Positions 31,695 through 42,737 of a DNA stretch of 64,000 nt are shown here, piece after piece. The stretch lies in NCBI GenBank assembly GCA_963765895.1, contig CAVXZB010000064.1, forward strand, positions 1-64,000, in the 5' to 3' direction. How positions within the stretch are numbered: position 1 is the stretch's first letter; each line of letters begins with the position of its first letter. A model generated the notes under the pieces. It had not been told where the DNA came from, made no database searches, and was given only the letters and a program-made list of their open reading frames with translations. A program made the position numbers and the translations under genes. The DNA comes from an uncultured Nitrososphaeraceae archaeon (lineage in GTDB: Archaea; Thermoproteota; Nitrososphaeria; Nitrososphaerales; Nitrososphaeraceae).

Positions 31695-32390
31695 ATGAAA
31701 TTGGCGGCACTCTTTTCAGGCGGAAAAGATAGCACTTATTCCATATACTCCGCGAGACAAAGCGGCCATGATGTGGTCTGCCTTATAACAATGAAACCTA
31801 AATCTGACGAGAGTATGCTTTTTCACTATCCAGATATTTGGTTAGTTAGTTATCTCGCAGAGGCAATGAAAATTCCATTGCTCATGAAGGACACTGTCAG
31901 TATTTCACTCAGAGATGAGTTCGCAGAACTAGGACAATCTATCAAAGATGCCGTGGAAATCTATAAAGTTGAAGGTATAGTTCATGGCGGTATATCTAGT
32001 ATGTTCCAAAAGCAGGCATTTGAAAATCTTTGCCGCAGCAACGGGATCGTTGCTTTGACACCACTATGGAATAGGGAACCAATTGAATACATGTACGAGC
32101 TAATTAGAAATCGATTCGAATTTATCATTACCCGAGTATCAGCAATGGGATTGGATTTGCAGTGGTTAGGTAAATTGGTAGACATCAAAACCCTAGAGGA
32201 ATTATCATCGCTAAGCAAAAAGAATGGTTTTCATATTTCCTTTGAAGGAGGCGAGGCGGAAACTTTAGTGGTTAGCTGCCCTTTATATCACAGTAAACGC
32301 CTGGAAATCACAAAATGGTCTGTAATCTGGGATCACATGAGCGGTATATTAGAAATATCAGAGGCTGCATTAGTTACATGTGTGATTTAA
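31695..32390 (+). CDS. dph6: Diphthine--ammonia ligase (Dph6 family PP-loop ATPase)
   Basis: ALFSGGKDS, SMLFH, PLW, FEGGEAET. Confidence 0.85.
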   Translation: MKLAALFSGGKDSTYSIYSARQSGHDVVCLITMKPKSDESMLFHYPDIWLVSYLAEAMKIPLLMKDTVSISLRDEFAELGQSIKDAVEIYKVEGIVHGGISSMFQKQAFENLCRSNGIVALTPLWNREPIEYMYELIRNRFEFIITRVSAMGLDLQWLGKLVDIKTLEELSSLSKKNGFHISFEGGEAETLVVSCPLYHSKRLEITKWSVIWDHMSGILEISEAALVTCVI

Positions 32391-33760
32391 ATGTTTGACA
32401 ATCTACGCACTAGCCTACGAACTGCCCTGAAGAAGGTTGTAGGCGCTTCTGATATTAATGAGGAGCTGATAGACTCTCTATGTAAGGATGTTCAGAGAGC
32501 ACTTTTACAATCTGATGTGAATGTTAAACTAGTTATTACAATTACAAAGAATTTGAAAGATCGCGCACTAAATGAACAACCTCCTAAGGGCCTACCGCGA
32601 AAAGATCATATTATCACTATCTTATATGATGAACTATCTAGGCTTCTTGGATATAGCGGCGAGACTATCAAAAATACCGATAAGTCCGCAGATATAGCTG
32701 CTGATGCGTTGCCGTTACGCCCTGGAAAACAAAATGTAATTCTAATGTTAGGAATTCAGGGCAGCGGAAAAACTACCGTAACGTCTAAACTCGCACGATG
32801 GCTAACAAAGTCTGGGTATCGCACTGGAGTAATAGGGGCCGACACTTGGAGACCAGGTGCATTGACCCAGCTCAAAATGAATTGTAGCAGAATAGATGTG
32901 GAGGTGTATGGTGAAGAGACGAGCAAGGACGCAGTTGGAATAGTAAGCAACGGATTAAGACACTTCTTACCTGAAAACCTTGACGTGATACTGATCGATA
33001 CCGCAGGCAGACACAAGGATGAACTCGGTTTACTTGAAGAAATGAAATCAATGCATAGTGTATCCAAACCAGATCTAGTATTACTGGTTATCGACGGAAC
33101 TATTGGACAACAGGCGTATAATCAATCAAAAGCATTTCATGATGCAGCGCCAGTTGGTGGTATTGTCATAACTAAATTAGATGGAACGGCAAAGGGAGGA
33201 GGAGTAATTGCTGCCTTCAGCTGCCTACAGGCGCTAGAGTAATGTTTATAGGAACCGGCGAACGCATCGACGATTTAGAACTATTTTCTCCTACGAGGTT
33301 CGTTGGCAGATTACTCGGAATGGGTGATATCAAGGCTATACTTGACATGGCAAAGGGACTGGAATTGCAAGGGGATGAAAATCAGGCAAAGAGACTACTT
33401 AGTGGGAAAATGACAATCGAAGACTTTTACGCACAGATGGAGAATGTTGGTAAGATGGGATTTAGAAATGTAATTGACAACTTGCCTGGCCTTTCGGGTA
33501 TGGTTAAAGAGGATCATCTGGATGCAATGCAAGGAAAACTGGAAAAATGGAGGGTGATAATTCAGTCTATGACAAGAAATGAAAAAATGAATCCTGAAAT
33601 TGTAAATGATTCAAGGAGAAAACGGATAGCTAGAGGCTCTGGTTTAATGGAACACGACGTCAAGGATTTGATTAAGCAATATCACAATTCAAAATCAATG
33701 ATGAAACAAGCAAAAGGAAGACAGATGCAAGGAATGTTACGTAGGTTAGGTCTAGGTTGA
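32391..33760 (+). CDS. srp54: Signal recognition particle protein SRP54 (frameshift near 33216-33226)
   Basis: GIQGSGKTT, DTAGR, TKLDGTAKGGG, FIGTGE, M domain IIQSMT..E..NP..SRRKRIARGSG; removing two T restores VIAASAATGARVMFIG. Confidence 0.93.
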
Positions 33761-33779
33761 TTCTGCTGAATGATGAAAT

Positions 33780-34863
33780 TTGAGACGAATATTCGAAAAC
33801 TCAATTTATCTATGTAAGGCGTGTAGATGCAGACAAGGGCTACCTAGTAGAAGATCATTCCATAAGTCATCTCTATGTTATATTTGCGCAGGAATGCTGG
33901 ATAAAATAAATGCGATAGCGCAAGAAATGTACACAGCGTTGGACGATCAATATGAATTTGATTCGTTCTTGATCGGCACCTCGCTGGCTACACAATTCAT
34001 CGAAAGAGAAGATGAGGTCAGGGCTAAATTTAAAATACGAGGCACGATGAGTATAAAAAATCATATAACAAATGCAGTTAGAAATAAGTTTCGAACCCTA
34101 ACCAGCGCTAGGGAAAAATTCGAAAAACCAGATCTTGTGATCATTCTAAATATCTTTTCGGATAAGACTTACAGCTTTACAGCCAAGTCAAAATCCATAG
34201 TAGCTGCTGGAAGATACACAAAAAATCAAAGGGGGGTATCTCAAAGAAGGCCTAAAGTTGAGGAGATCAATACTAGACTAGACGACGACAGTTCAAATTA
34301 CAAGAGTATCGAAGGAATCATCTCTGATAAAGTAATAGCCGATACTAAAGGAAGCGACATCAGATTTAGTTGGGTGGGTAGTGAAGACAAGAATAGCCTT
34401 GTATTAGGTAGGGGTAGGCCATTTTTTGTAGAAATTTTAAACCCTAAAAAGAGAACCTTTTCAAATAATACATTAATTATCAGTGAATCTGAAATTCAGG
34501 CTAGACTCGATATCCTTGATGAGGGTTTTCCCCGATCACCAACTAGATCCAGGACAGTTACGAAAATTTTGATTCATTGCTCGGAATCACTCTCAGAAAA
34601 GGATTTAAAGCAGACTAAATTCATTAGCGGGAACTACCGTAAAATTGAAAAATAGGCTTAGCTCAATAGAAAAAAAAATTTACTCAGTTTTGGTAGATAG
34701 GATTAATAGGTCGCAATTTTATCTAACAACAATTGCAGATAGTGGACTGCCAATTAAACAGTTTGTCGGTGGAATAGAGTATGCAAATCCGAATATCTCT
34801 ATGCTAATCGGTTCAAATTGTGAATGTATATCCTTTGATATTCTGGACGTAATCATTCAGTAA
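33780..34863 (+). CDS. pus10: Pus10-family tRNA pseudouridine synthase, divergent (frameshift near 34608)
   Basis: N-terminal CxxC pair, THUMP-like region, GRYTK..RGVSQ, GSEDKNSLVLGRGRPF, C-terminal IKQFVGG ... FDILDV; syntenic with srp54. Confidence 0.8.
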
Positions 34864-34900
34864 CGTTTTTTAGCTTAACCGCTGTAACGAGTGAGCGTAA

Positions 34901-35614
34901 TTGGATCCGTTAAAAATGGTACGAATTACAACGGATTCGGGTCAACTCCCTATAAGGGTTTACAGGCTTGTAAATAATAGATTTCATCTAGTAACACAGG
35001 GAATTTCACGTATAGAAAGAGCGACCGGGATAACATATCCGCTCTATTATATTGAACCCAGTCTCATAATCTCAACTTCTGCTATCGAGTCAGGACAATT
35101 TGGAATATTATTTGCGAGAACAATTCCGCTAGTAGTTGATAATGATTTAAGAATTGTTATTCAAATTACTGCACCTTTGATTACTTGCGGTCATATTGGA
35201 AGTATTCATGCAATATTAGCACACGAGTTTCTTCATTATCTCAAATTGATGAGTAAAATAATCAAAATGGACGTACTTTCCGATGAAATATCACGTACTT
35301 TCTTTGAGCAAAAATATATGGACCACTCTCGGACTATTCACGAAAAAGTTGTGTTTAAAAACGACCCTACTTTAATTCGTCATCTCTTAAGTAGATTTTC
35401 TACAGGATTCAAAGATACACGATTGGAGAATAGAGTAGTAAAAGAATGGATACATAAGCGTCTTCCCATGACAACTATTCCATTAGATTCAAACGTGACG
35501 AGATTACCAATTGATAAGATCGCTTCAGTTAAAATAGACCCTGATCTTAAAGAAAAAATATTCAAATTCGAAAGCCAACAGTTAAGCACTGGAAGACTAC
35601 GACACAATGCCTAG
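34901..35614 (+). CDS. Conserved hypothetical cytoplasmic protein with HExxH zinc motif
   Basis: HAILAHEFLHYL; no signal peptide; overlaps start of next gene. Confidence 0.7.
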   Translation: MDPLKMVRITTDSGQLPIRVYRLVNNRFHLVTQGISRIERATGITYPLYYIEPSLIISTSAIESGQFGILFARTIPLVVDNDLRIVIQITAPLITCGHIGSIHAILAHEFLHYLKLMSKIIKMDVLSDEISRTFFEQKYMDHSRTIHEKVVFKNDPTLIRHLLSRFSTGFKDTRLENRVVKEWIHKRLPMTTIPLDSNVTRLPIDKIASVKIDPDLKEKIFKFESQQLSTGRLRHNA

Positions 35615-37192
35615 CATTGCTAATGGAGAATTAAAAAAGATTAATGAGTGTATTAGCAAGGTAACGAGGGGTAATAATATTGCCGGAGTTTGCTTATACG
35701 GCTCAAGGGCGAGCTGGATACGCAAGTAGCGACAGTGACTATGACATTTTGGTCATTCTTGAGAATTATTCTCATATTGTAAAGTATCTATACAAGAAAA
35801 TACAAGGGCTTAGAATTTCTATTTTGATAGTTGATCTTCTATCAGTAGAGAAAGACGCAAAATACTCATTCCTTGGAGAGTTTGTTATAGGACGATTATT
35901 ACATGTATACGAACCAATATTAAATCCGGACCTTTTCGAAAGGCTTGAGAGAACCTATAAGAAACGAGTAATTGTCGAACAACTTGGTAGTGTAGCGAAA
36001 TCTTTGTCTAAGTTTAGTACCTGAGGTTTCGTTCCCGTTAGAGTACATAATGTTTTCGAAAATAAAGGATAGGTGTTCATTACATCCCAATGCAGTATAT
36101 AGCTTTTTGCAAACATATGTGGGAAAAAATGCCCCTAGAAATATCAAAATCGCGATTAAGGGATATCAAATGGCATTCCAAGAAATTATCAGTGACAACA
36201 GTCAGTTAGTAGATGTTACTGTAAATGGAAATATGTTGCGCTTGGTCAATTCACAACTTCGTACGAGTACCACCAGCAGAGGCATAAATTTCCAACTAGG
36301 AAAAAAATTTCACGAGTTAAGCTCGTATGCAATTCATGCTTATGCCGGAAGAAAAATATTACATTATATGATGCGAGAGACTCAATCCAAAATTAATAGA
36401 CAGAGACAACTTCCTTTTAAATTGCCGCGATTTATTAAAAGCCCAGAGGACTTTTATTGGAATATACCTGAAGGGAAGTTAATTTTCAACGGCACAAACT
36501 GGCTCCAAGAATACGCTAAATACAAAGGTTTTCAGAAATACGGGGTCGCAGTCAAGAGAAGATTAGGAAAAGCGCACAACGAAATATTGAAATACACAAT
36601 CTCCGATGATGATACAAAGTATCAGAAGTCTATCATTGTCAAGAATTTTGCTAGATCAAACATGGGTAGAAATCCAATTTTGGTTTCGTGGCTGACTTCA
36701 CAAAAGATACCCAGATCACATCCTCTGTTCCTGCTTGGGACTGAATACAAGGCATTGAGATATCTACGTAGCATTGGAATAAGGACACCATTGATCGAAT
36801 CCGTGGTGATTGGAAATCGCCTACTGGTAACAGAACACATCGAAGGAATGACTTTGGAAGCGCTTACTAATAATCTGCTTGCAGGGCGAAATCTGAGTTC
36901 ATTGTACTGGTTAGGGATTGCTGGAGAGGATATCGCGACGATCCATCTCAACCATTCAGCATTGGAAGGTGTTCGACCCGCGGATCTTATCATATCTGAC
37001 AAATCTATTTTTTTTACTGGCTTGGATCACCTTGAATTTCGTTCTGGTGATCTCAATTGGGATGCGATTCGGCTAATCGCTTGTGCTCTGGGGAAAACTT
37101 CGAACATCGACATGGCTAAAAAAATCGCTAGAACATACTTCAACGGCTACAAAAGAAAGATCGATAGTGCGGGACGCTTAGCACTCAGCTAA
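35607..37192 (+). CDS. Nucleotidyltransferase (Pol-beta/MNT) domain fused to Bud32/RIO/Kdo-like kinase fold (frameshifts near 35710 and 36022)
   Basis: LYGSRA.GYASSDSDYDILV; C-terminal IIVKNF ... EYKALRYLRSIGIRTP ... LVTEHIEG; each break is fixed by removing one base. Confidence 0.75.
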
Positions 37193-37283
37193 TTCCAATC
37201 GATATATCGAATCACTTAATTCAATTATTACTCGTCCGGTTGGAAAAATAATAGCTAACGAATTAGACAATTAAAATGTCTGC

Positions 37284-37499
37284 TTAGCTTTTACTGGTTT
37301 GTTTCTTCGACTCATCACTATGCCTAAATTCTGTAAAGCCACATTTACCGCACGTATTCCTATTCTTATGTTCAGCCATAAATACACCCCTCCCACATCT
37401 TGGACATTCCCGTCGACCCCTAATGAGTTTGTCGCCCTCAACCTTATAGAACTTGTATATTGATACCTCGCCAGCAGCAGACTTCTCCTTGCTAGGCAA
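37284..37499 (-). CDS. rps27ae: 30S ribosomal protein eS31 (S27ae)
   Basis: CPRCGRGVFMAEHKNRNTCGKCG. Confidence 0.95.
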   Translation of the reverse strand: MPSKEKSAAGEVSIYKFYKVEGDKLIRGRRECPRCGRGVFMAEHKNRNTCGKCGFTEFRHSDESKKQTSKS

Positions 37500-37888
37500 T
37501 TATTTTTTCCCCTTTCCTGATGCTACTTTTGATCCTTTCGCTAGAGCTTGTTTAGCTTTTAGCCTAGCAGCTTTCTCGTCATCTATTATTTTCTTTCTTT
37601 CGTCCTTAGGTAGAGTTCTCAAGATTCTATATCGTGGAAGCAATGACTTTGCTTGTTCTAGACTGCCATAAACGTAAAAAATGCCATGTAAATCAGTTTT
37701 GCCTTTCTCCCCATTCATAGAAATTGGAATTACAGTTTTCGGATCCAAATTGTTCTTGTTCAGCTACCATCTGAGCTGCCTTCATTTCTTTTTATCTTTC
37801 CTGCGGCATTGCTAAATACAACACTGATTTCTCTTCTGCTTAATAGACTGTTATTACGATCGTTTAGGGTGAGAACTTCAATTGACAA
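37500..37888 (-). CDS. rps24e: 30S ribosomal protein eS24 (two inserted bases)
   Basis: N-terminus LSIEVLTLNDRNNSLLSRREI from TTG at 37888; joins ORF 37500-37748; upstream of rps27ae. Confidence 0.85.
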
Positions 37889-38054
37889 ATCGAAATATGA
37901 AGATATTGTCTTTTATATATAAAGTTGTGCATTTCTGATTTAATCTCAATCGCTTGTTTAAATATTGTTGAGTCTAGTACTACGACAGCATGATATTGGC
38001 ATCACCTGTTTTATAAGATGTTATTACAAGTTTGACGAATCGAATCAAATAAAA

Positions 38055-38142
38055 CGGGTCCGACGGGCTTCGATCCCGTGCAGGCTGGCTTCGGAGGCCT
38101 ATGCCTTTATTCAGCACCCTCTCCTGACTGGGTCACGGACCC
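38055..38142 (-). tRNA. tRNA-Arg(CCG) with 13-nt non-canonical intron at 29/30 (38099-38111)
   Basis: Acceptor GGGTCCG/CGGACCC; spliced anticodon stem CTG^GC/GCCAG, loop CT-CCG-AA; BHB-like helix GTGC/GCAT; T loop ATCGAAG. Confidence 0.9.
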
Positions 38143-38319
38143 TATTCAAAATAGTGCGGAAGATTATTTAAAGAATAATATCGATAAACCGTTGGATCCA
38201 GATCTTTTATAAGTATCAGGGTTAATCCAAATATTATATACTATTATAATTTAAAATGATTATTATTACGAGAAGTTATTAAATAATGGTTATATATTTA
38301 ACATAACCTATATAGGTAT

Positions 38320-38691
38320 ATGTATGTTCGAATCGGAAATTTAGAAATTCTTGACTCATACATGAGTAGTATAGAGTTAGGCGATACTGTATCAGTCGAA
38401 GCATTAATAAGAAATCCACTTGATTGGCATCATTTTTATGAAAACCTTGCCTCGATTAAACCTGGAAGTGCCACACACTTCATCGTTGTCACTAGCAGTG
38501 GGGAACGCATCGCGGGGACCGGCAATATTGCAGAAATTGATAAGTGGAGCAACAAGGGTCAGTTTGGCTTTAAGATAAAATTGAGAACGAACAAGCGCAA
38601 ATCAGCAAGGACGAAGCGAGCTCAGCTGCAGACTTCAACTGGACTCCAAGAGAAGACACTGGAACATGGCATAGAAATTGTAGCTAGGTAG
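38320..38691 (+). CDS. Hypothetical protein
   Basis: 123-aa ORF with TATA box about 25-30 nt upstream. Confidence 0.65.
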   Translation: MYVRIGNLEILDSYMSSIELGDTVSVEALIRNPLDWHHFYENLASIKPGSATHFIVVTSSGERIAGTGNIAEIDKWSNKGQFGFKIKLRTNKRKSARTKRAQLQTSTGLQEKTLEHGIEIVAR

Positions 38692-38885
38692 GATATCACT
38701 ATTTTTGGTGGAATGACCTGCCCTCGACGTCACCGCAAGATCTTTGCTAGATATTGCTGAACTATTTACTGAAGGCCAGAAATAGACTTTCGCACCCGGA
38801 ATTCGAATGGTCAATCGTATGCCGATTTATCAAATGGGATCGCTAATAATACTTATATCCCAAAAGACAAGTCAACGCATACTGA

Positions 38886-39599
38886 TTGGTGTCAATTAGA
38901 TATTTCGCAATTGATATAGATGGCACTCTAACAGAAAATGGCGGAGGGATTATCCATCTGCCTGCACTTGCCACTTTGCGATATCTTGAAAATCTTGGTT
39001 ATAAAATCATTTACGTAACTGGGAGATCCTCGGAAGAGGCGTATGTAATTGCAAGCTTTGGTGGAACGACAAAATTATCTGTAGGCGAAAACGGAGGAGC
39101 TGTGATGCTTGCGCCGCATCAATATATTCTATTGGCAGATAAAGCCGTCTGTAGGAGCGGATATGAAGTACTGCGTCACAATCTTAAGGGAGTAAAAATG
39201 AAACCAGTATTTAATCGACATACTGAGGTAGTTTTGTATAGAACATTTGATATCAAAGAAGGCCAAAGGATACTTGACCACAATAATCTGAATTTAAGCT
39301 TAGTCGATAGCATGTACGCTTACCATATTAATGAAAGGGGCATTCATAAGGGTACAGGCTTGGTAGAAGCACTACGGATCCTTGGAGGAAAACTCGAAGA
39401 AACAGTGGCTATAGGCGATAGCGAAACTGATGTGCCACTGTTTAGGATTTGTGGATTTAGTGTAGCATTAGGACAGGCAGCCGATAGCGTGAAGGCTGTT
39501 GCGAAATACGTTGTTTCGGAAAAACAAGGAAGAGGGCTAGTTCAGGCACTAAACCTAATAACCAACAAACATTTGGGAAGGCCCAAAAATGACATTTAG
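38886..39599 (+). CDS. HAD-superfamily phosphatase (archaeal phosphoglycolate phosphatase type)
   Basis: DIDGTLT, VTGR, GENGG, HKGTG, AIGDSETD. Confidence 0.88.
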   Translation: MVSIRYFAIDIDGTLTENGGGIIHLPALATLRYLENLGYKIIYVTGRSSEEAYVIASFGGTTKLSVGENGGAVMLAPHQYILLADKAVCRSGYEVLRHNLKGVKMKPVFNRHTEVVLYRTFDIKEGQRILDHNNLNLSLVDSMYAYHINERGIHKGTGLVEALRILGGKLEETVAIGDSETDVPLFRICGFSVALGQAADSVKAVAKYVVSEKQGRGLVQALNLITNKHLGRPKNDI

Positions 39600-41514
39600 G
39601 ACAGCAATCGATGAGATCCGACAGATAATTGCTGGGGGTCTTAAGGATTTAGGCATTGATGGATTAAAATTTGACATTACACAGACATCAAGACCAGAAT
39701 TTGGAGATGTGGCAACTAATATGGCTTTCCTGATTGCCAAAAAGACAGGTCAAAAACCAACCGAGATAGCGAAGAATTTTGTTGAAAACCATATTAATCA
39801 GTATTTAGCCGCCTGCAAGACTGCGGGACGTCTTTCGCTAATAGAGTCAGCAAACCCCCACCTCGCTGGTTATATTAACTTCAAATTAAATGCCATAAAT
39901 CTTGCCTCGTCCACACTACCTGAGATATTGTTCAATCCGCATTACGCCGAACCTGATATAGGGAAAGGAGAGAGAGTAATTATCGAGCATACTAGTGTAA
40001 ATCCCAATAAAGCATTGCATATTGGCCATGTACGAAATCTCGTAATCGGAGACACCTTGTATAGATTGCTGCGGAGGACCAATCATAATCCAATTGTACT
40101 AAACTATATTGATGACTCCGGTCTACAGGTCGCAGATCTCGTGGTTGGATTCCTTTTCGCTGGATTCCAAATGGACTCTAACAAATCTCTGAAATTTGAT
40201 ATATATTGTGGTGATGAAGTATATGTAAAAATAAACGAGTTATATACCACAGACCAGAACTTAGCAGAAAAAAGAAGGTATGTGTTGAGAGAAATGGAAC
40301 TAGGAAAATCAGATATTGCGAGATTCGCGTTGAATATTAGTCAAAGAGTCTTGGCAGACCAGCTGAAGACATGTTGGAGATTAAAAGCTCGTTACGACCT
40401 ACTTAGCTTCGAATCTCATATACTTGCCTCTAGACAATGGACCAAGACGTTAGAAATCCTAAAGGATAAGGGAGTCCTAGTTCTAGAAACGCAAGGGAAG
40501 AATAAGGATTGTTGGATAATAAGAAGCAACCTGACTGATGACAAGGTCGTCGTCAGAAGCGACGGGACCGCTACTTATATCGCAAAGGACATACCGTTTG
40601 CCCTCTGGAAATTAGGATTGATCCCAGACTATTCAAATTATTATAAATTTGCTAATCAATGGGATAATTCAGTGATCTGGGCCACAACACTTGTTCCAGA
40701 TTCCTATTCAGGAGATCATCCCAAATTTAATTCAGCCGAACTAGCAGTCACTATCATAGATTCCAGACAATCAAAATTACAGGACTTGGTCTCTTATGTA
40801 ATCTCGAAGATACAGGAAACCGACACAAAAGAATATCGCCACTTAGCCTACGAACCTGTAACGCTAAGTTCCAACACTGCAAAAATGATAGGGTTAGATA
40901 TCGGACAAAAAGACTTTGCACATATGTCTGGTAGAAAAGGAGTTGTTGTAAATGCTGATTATGTTCTTGACATTCTACACAGCAAGGCATTGGAAGAAAT
41001 AAAAAAACGACGTAATAATGCTGAAGACACCTCATTACGATCTAGCGCCGAAAGCATTGCAATATCTGCGCTGAGGTATAACCTCATAAAGCAAGACCTA
41101 GATAAAATGATTACCTTTGACATTACTGACTCACTGAGCCTCGAAGGTGACACAGGACCCTATTTGCAATATGCTTATGCGAGATCTCAAAGAATTTTGG
41201 AAAAATCCAATGTGGAATTATCGACTATTAATTTTGAGCTCTTGTATGAAGAATCAGAAATTTCGTTATTAATGGATATCACAAAATTTGACATGATAAT
41301 AGAGGATGCTACGAAAAATCTAAATCCGAAGGTCTTAGCAAGATATGCATATAGATTAGCAGTAAAATTCAACTATTTTTATGAAAAAGTTCCAGTCTTG
41401 CGGGAAGCAGACCCAAAAAAAGTTGTATTGAGATTGGCTTTAGTTAAATCTTTCGAAGTCACTATGAAGAACGTCTTTGATATACTAGGAATAGCCGCCC
41501 TTGCTCTTATGTAG
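39589..41514 (+). CDS. argS: Arginyl-tRNA synthetase
   Basis: EHTSVNPNKALHIGHVRN (HIGH), MSGRKG, GDTGPYLQYAYAR, DALR domain. Confidence 0.96.
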   Translation: MTFRTAIDEIRQIIAGGLKDLGIDGLKFDITQTSRPEFGDVATNMAFLIAKKTGQKPTEIAKNFVENHINQYLAACKTAGRLSLIESANPHLAGYINFKLNAINLASSTLPEILFNPHYAEPDIGKGERVIIEHTSVNPNKALHIGHVRNLVIGDTLYRLLRRTNHNPIVLNYIDDSGLQVADLVVGFLFAGFQMDSNKSLKFDIYCGDEVYVKINELYTTDQNLAEKRRYVLREMELGKSDIARFALNISQRVLADQLKTCWRLKARYDLLSFESHILASRQWTKTLEILKDKGVLVLETQGKNKDCWIIRSNLTDDKVVVRSDGTATYIAKDIPFALWKLGLIPDYSNYYKFANQWDNSVIWATTLVPDSYSGDHPKFNSAELAVTIIDSRQSKLQDLVSYVISKIQETDTKEYRHLAYEPVTLSSNTAKMIGLDIGQKDFAHMSGRKGVVVNADYVLDILHSKALEEIKKRRNNAEDTSLRSSAESIAISALRYNLIKQDLDKMITFDITDSLSLEGDTGPYLQYAYARSQRILEKSNVELSTINFELLYEESEISLLMDITKFDMIIEDATKNLNPKVLARYAYRLAVKFNYFYEKVPVLREADPKKVVLRLALVKSFEVTMKNVFDILGIAALALM

Positions 41515-41749
41515 CGTTCTGAACAAAACTATACTTTACGACGCAGAAGTTCCTTATAATACAATAATTGGTTTCTATTGAAATTCTAATTAATACTCCA
41601 CTATTCGTCATCATAAATTGAGTATAGTCAAGCTTGTTTAAGAGATTTTGTTACTGTTGAGATGATTCTGTTATGTATTTTGGTTACGATTTGCTTCAGA
41701 CAAAACGAAAGTTTTTGGAATCCAAATATTAGCTTTCTCACACCAACAT

Positions 41750-42478
41750 CTATGACGCTATTAGAAAAGAATTAGACTTTGAGGATCTCTGATACCCCTT
41801 ATGGTAAGCTTCTACAAATATTGTTGCTTTTCCAAGAGCGGTGCCATTTGCAACATGTACTGAACTAGACATTATCCCAGAACTATTGGTCAAGCCAGAG
41901 AAAAATGAAGTCGAAATCCCTGACGAAGCGGATACCCATCCGTCGATGCTTGCTTTTTCTAACCCCTTCTTCGTCAATTTATCAACTACTGTTATAGTGA
42001 TAGTTTGATTATCCCCTGCACGAATCGTATTCTTTGCAATTTGGATTGTAATCGCAGAACCATTTAGCTGAGTTATTGTAGCATCTATAAAAGCCTTGTC
42101 AGCTGCGACTGCAGCCAATGCTCCTATGTTGATCCCCTCGTACGTCGTAATAGGTATTCCTCGGTACTATTAGATAGTGGTCTGGCAATCGAGCCATTCA
42201 AGAGCGAGGTATCAGTTCCCACTGCGAGCTAACGCTCCTATATTGGGACCTACTTCTAGGTATTGATCTGAGTCAGAAATTTTCCTGGGAATTACGGCAT
42301 AAACATTTAGAATAAAATGGTGATCACCAAATGACGAATGCGCGGATGTATTAATTGAAACAGGCTTGTGTATTGATACTAAAGGTGGCTTCGCTGCAAT
42401 CAAGTGATCATACGAGATAACGTAAGACAGAAAAAAGAAAAGAAATATAAATCCTGCGATCGTAGAACGGTTTTTCAC
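41750..42478 (-). CDS. Secreted hypothetical protein with Ig-like C-terminal region, probably one frameshifted gene
   Basis: Signal peptide in 42212-42478; beta-rich QTITITVVD..G..A.I.G.V pattern in 41750-42118. Confidence 0.5.
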
Positions 42479-42737
42479 TTATGTCTAGTCTTACACTTTA
42501 TTATAAATATGTTCTCCAGCAAAGAAATTGGGAATAGTCCTAATGAATCTTATCTATCTATTTAGTTTAGATGATTTTTAACCTGTAAATGACAAACCAT
42601 ATTAATCTGTATGTTACAAACTATAAAAGGTCTAAACCTATTCAGTTAGTAGCAAGAACAATTTAAATTACTACTTACGTGAATTTAAAAGGAGATGGTA
42701 TACTGATTCATGATATGCCAGCACTGCAACTTCTTTC

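Noticed and set aside
33205-33245. Programmed frameshift or true split of srp54 (also uvrA, uvrC, cbiA, rps24e)
   Set aside because: No slippery motif; essential genes; consistent insertion-error pattern
37965-38171. 68-aa ORF
   Set aside because: Antisense to tRNA-Arg
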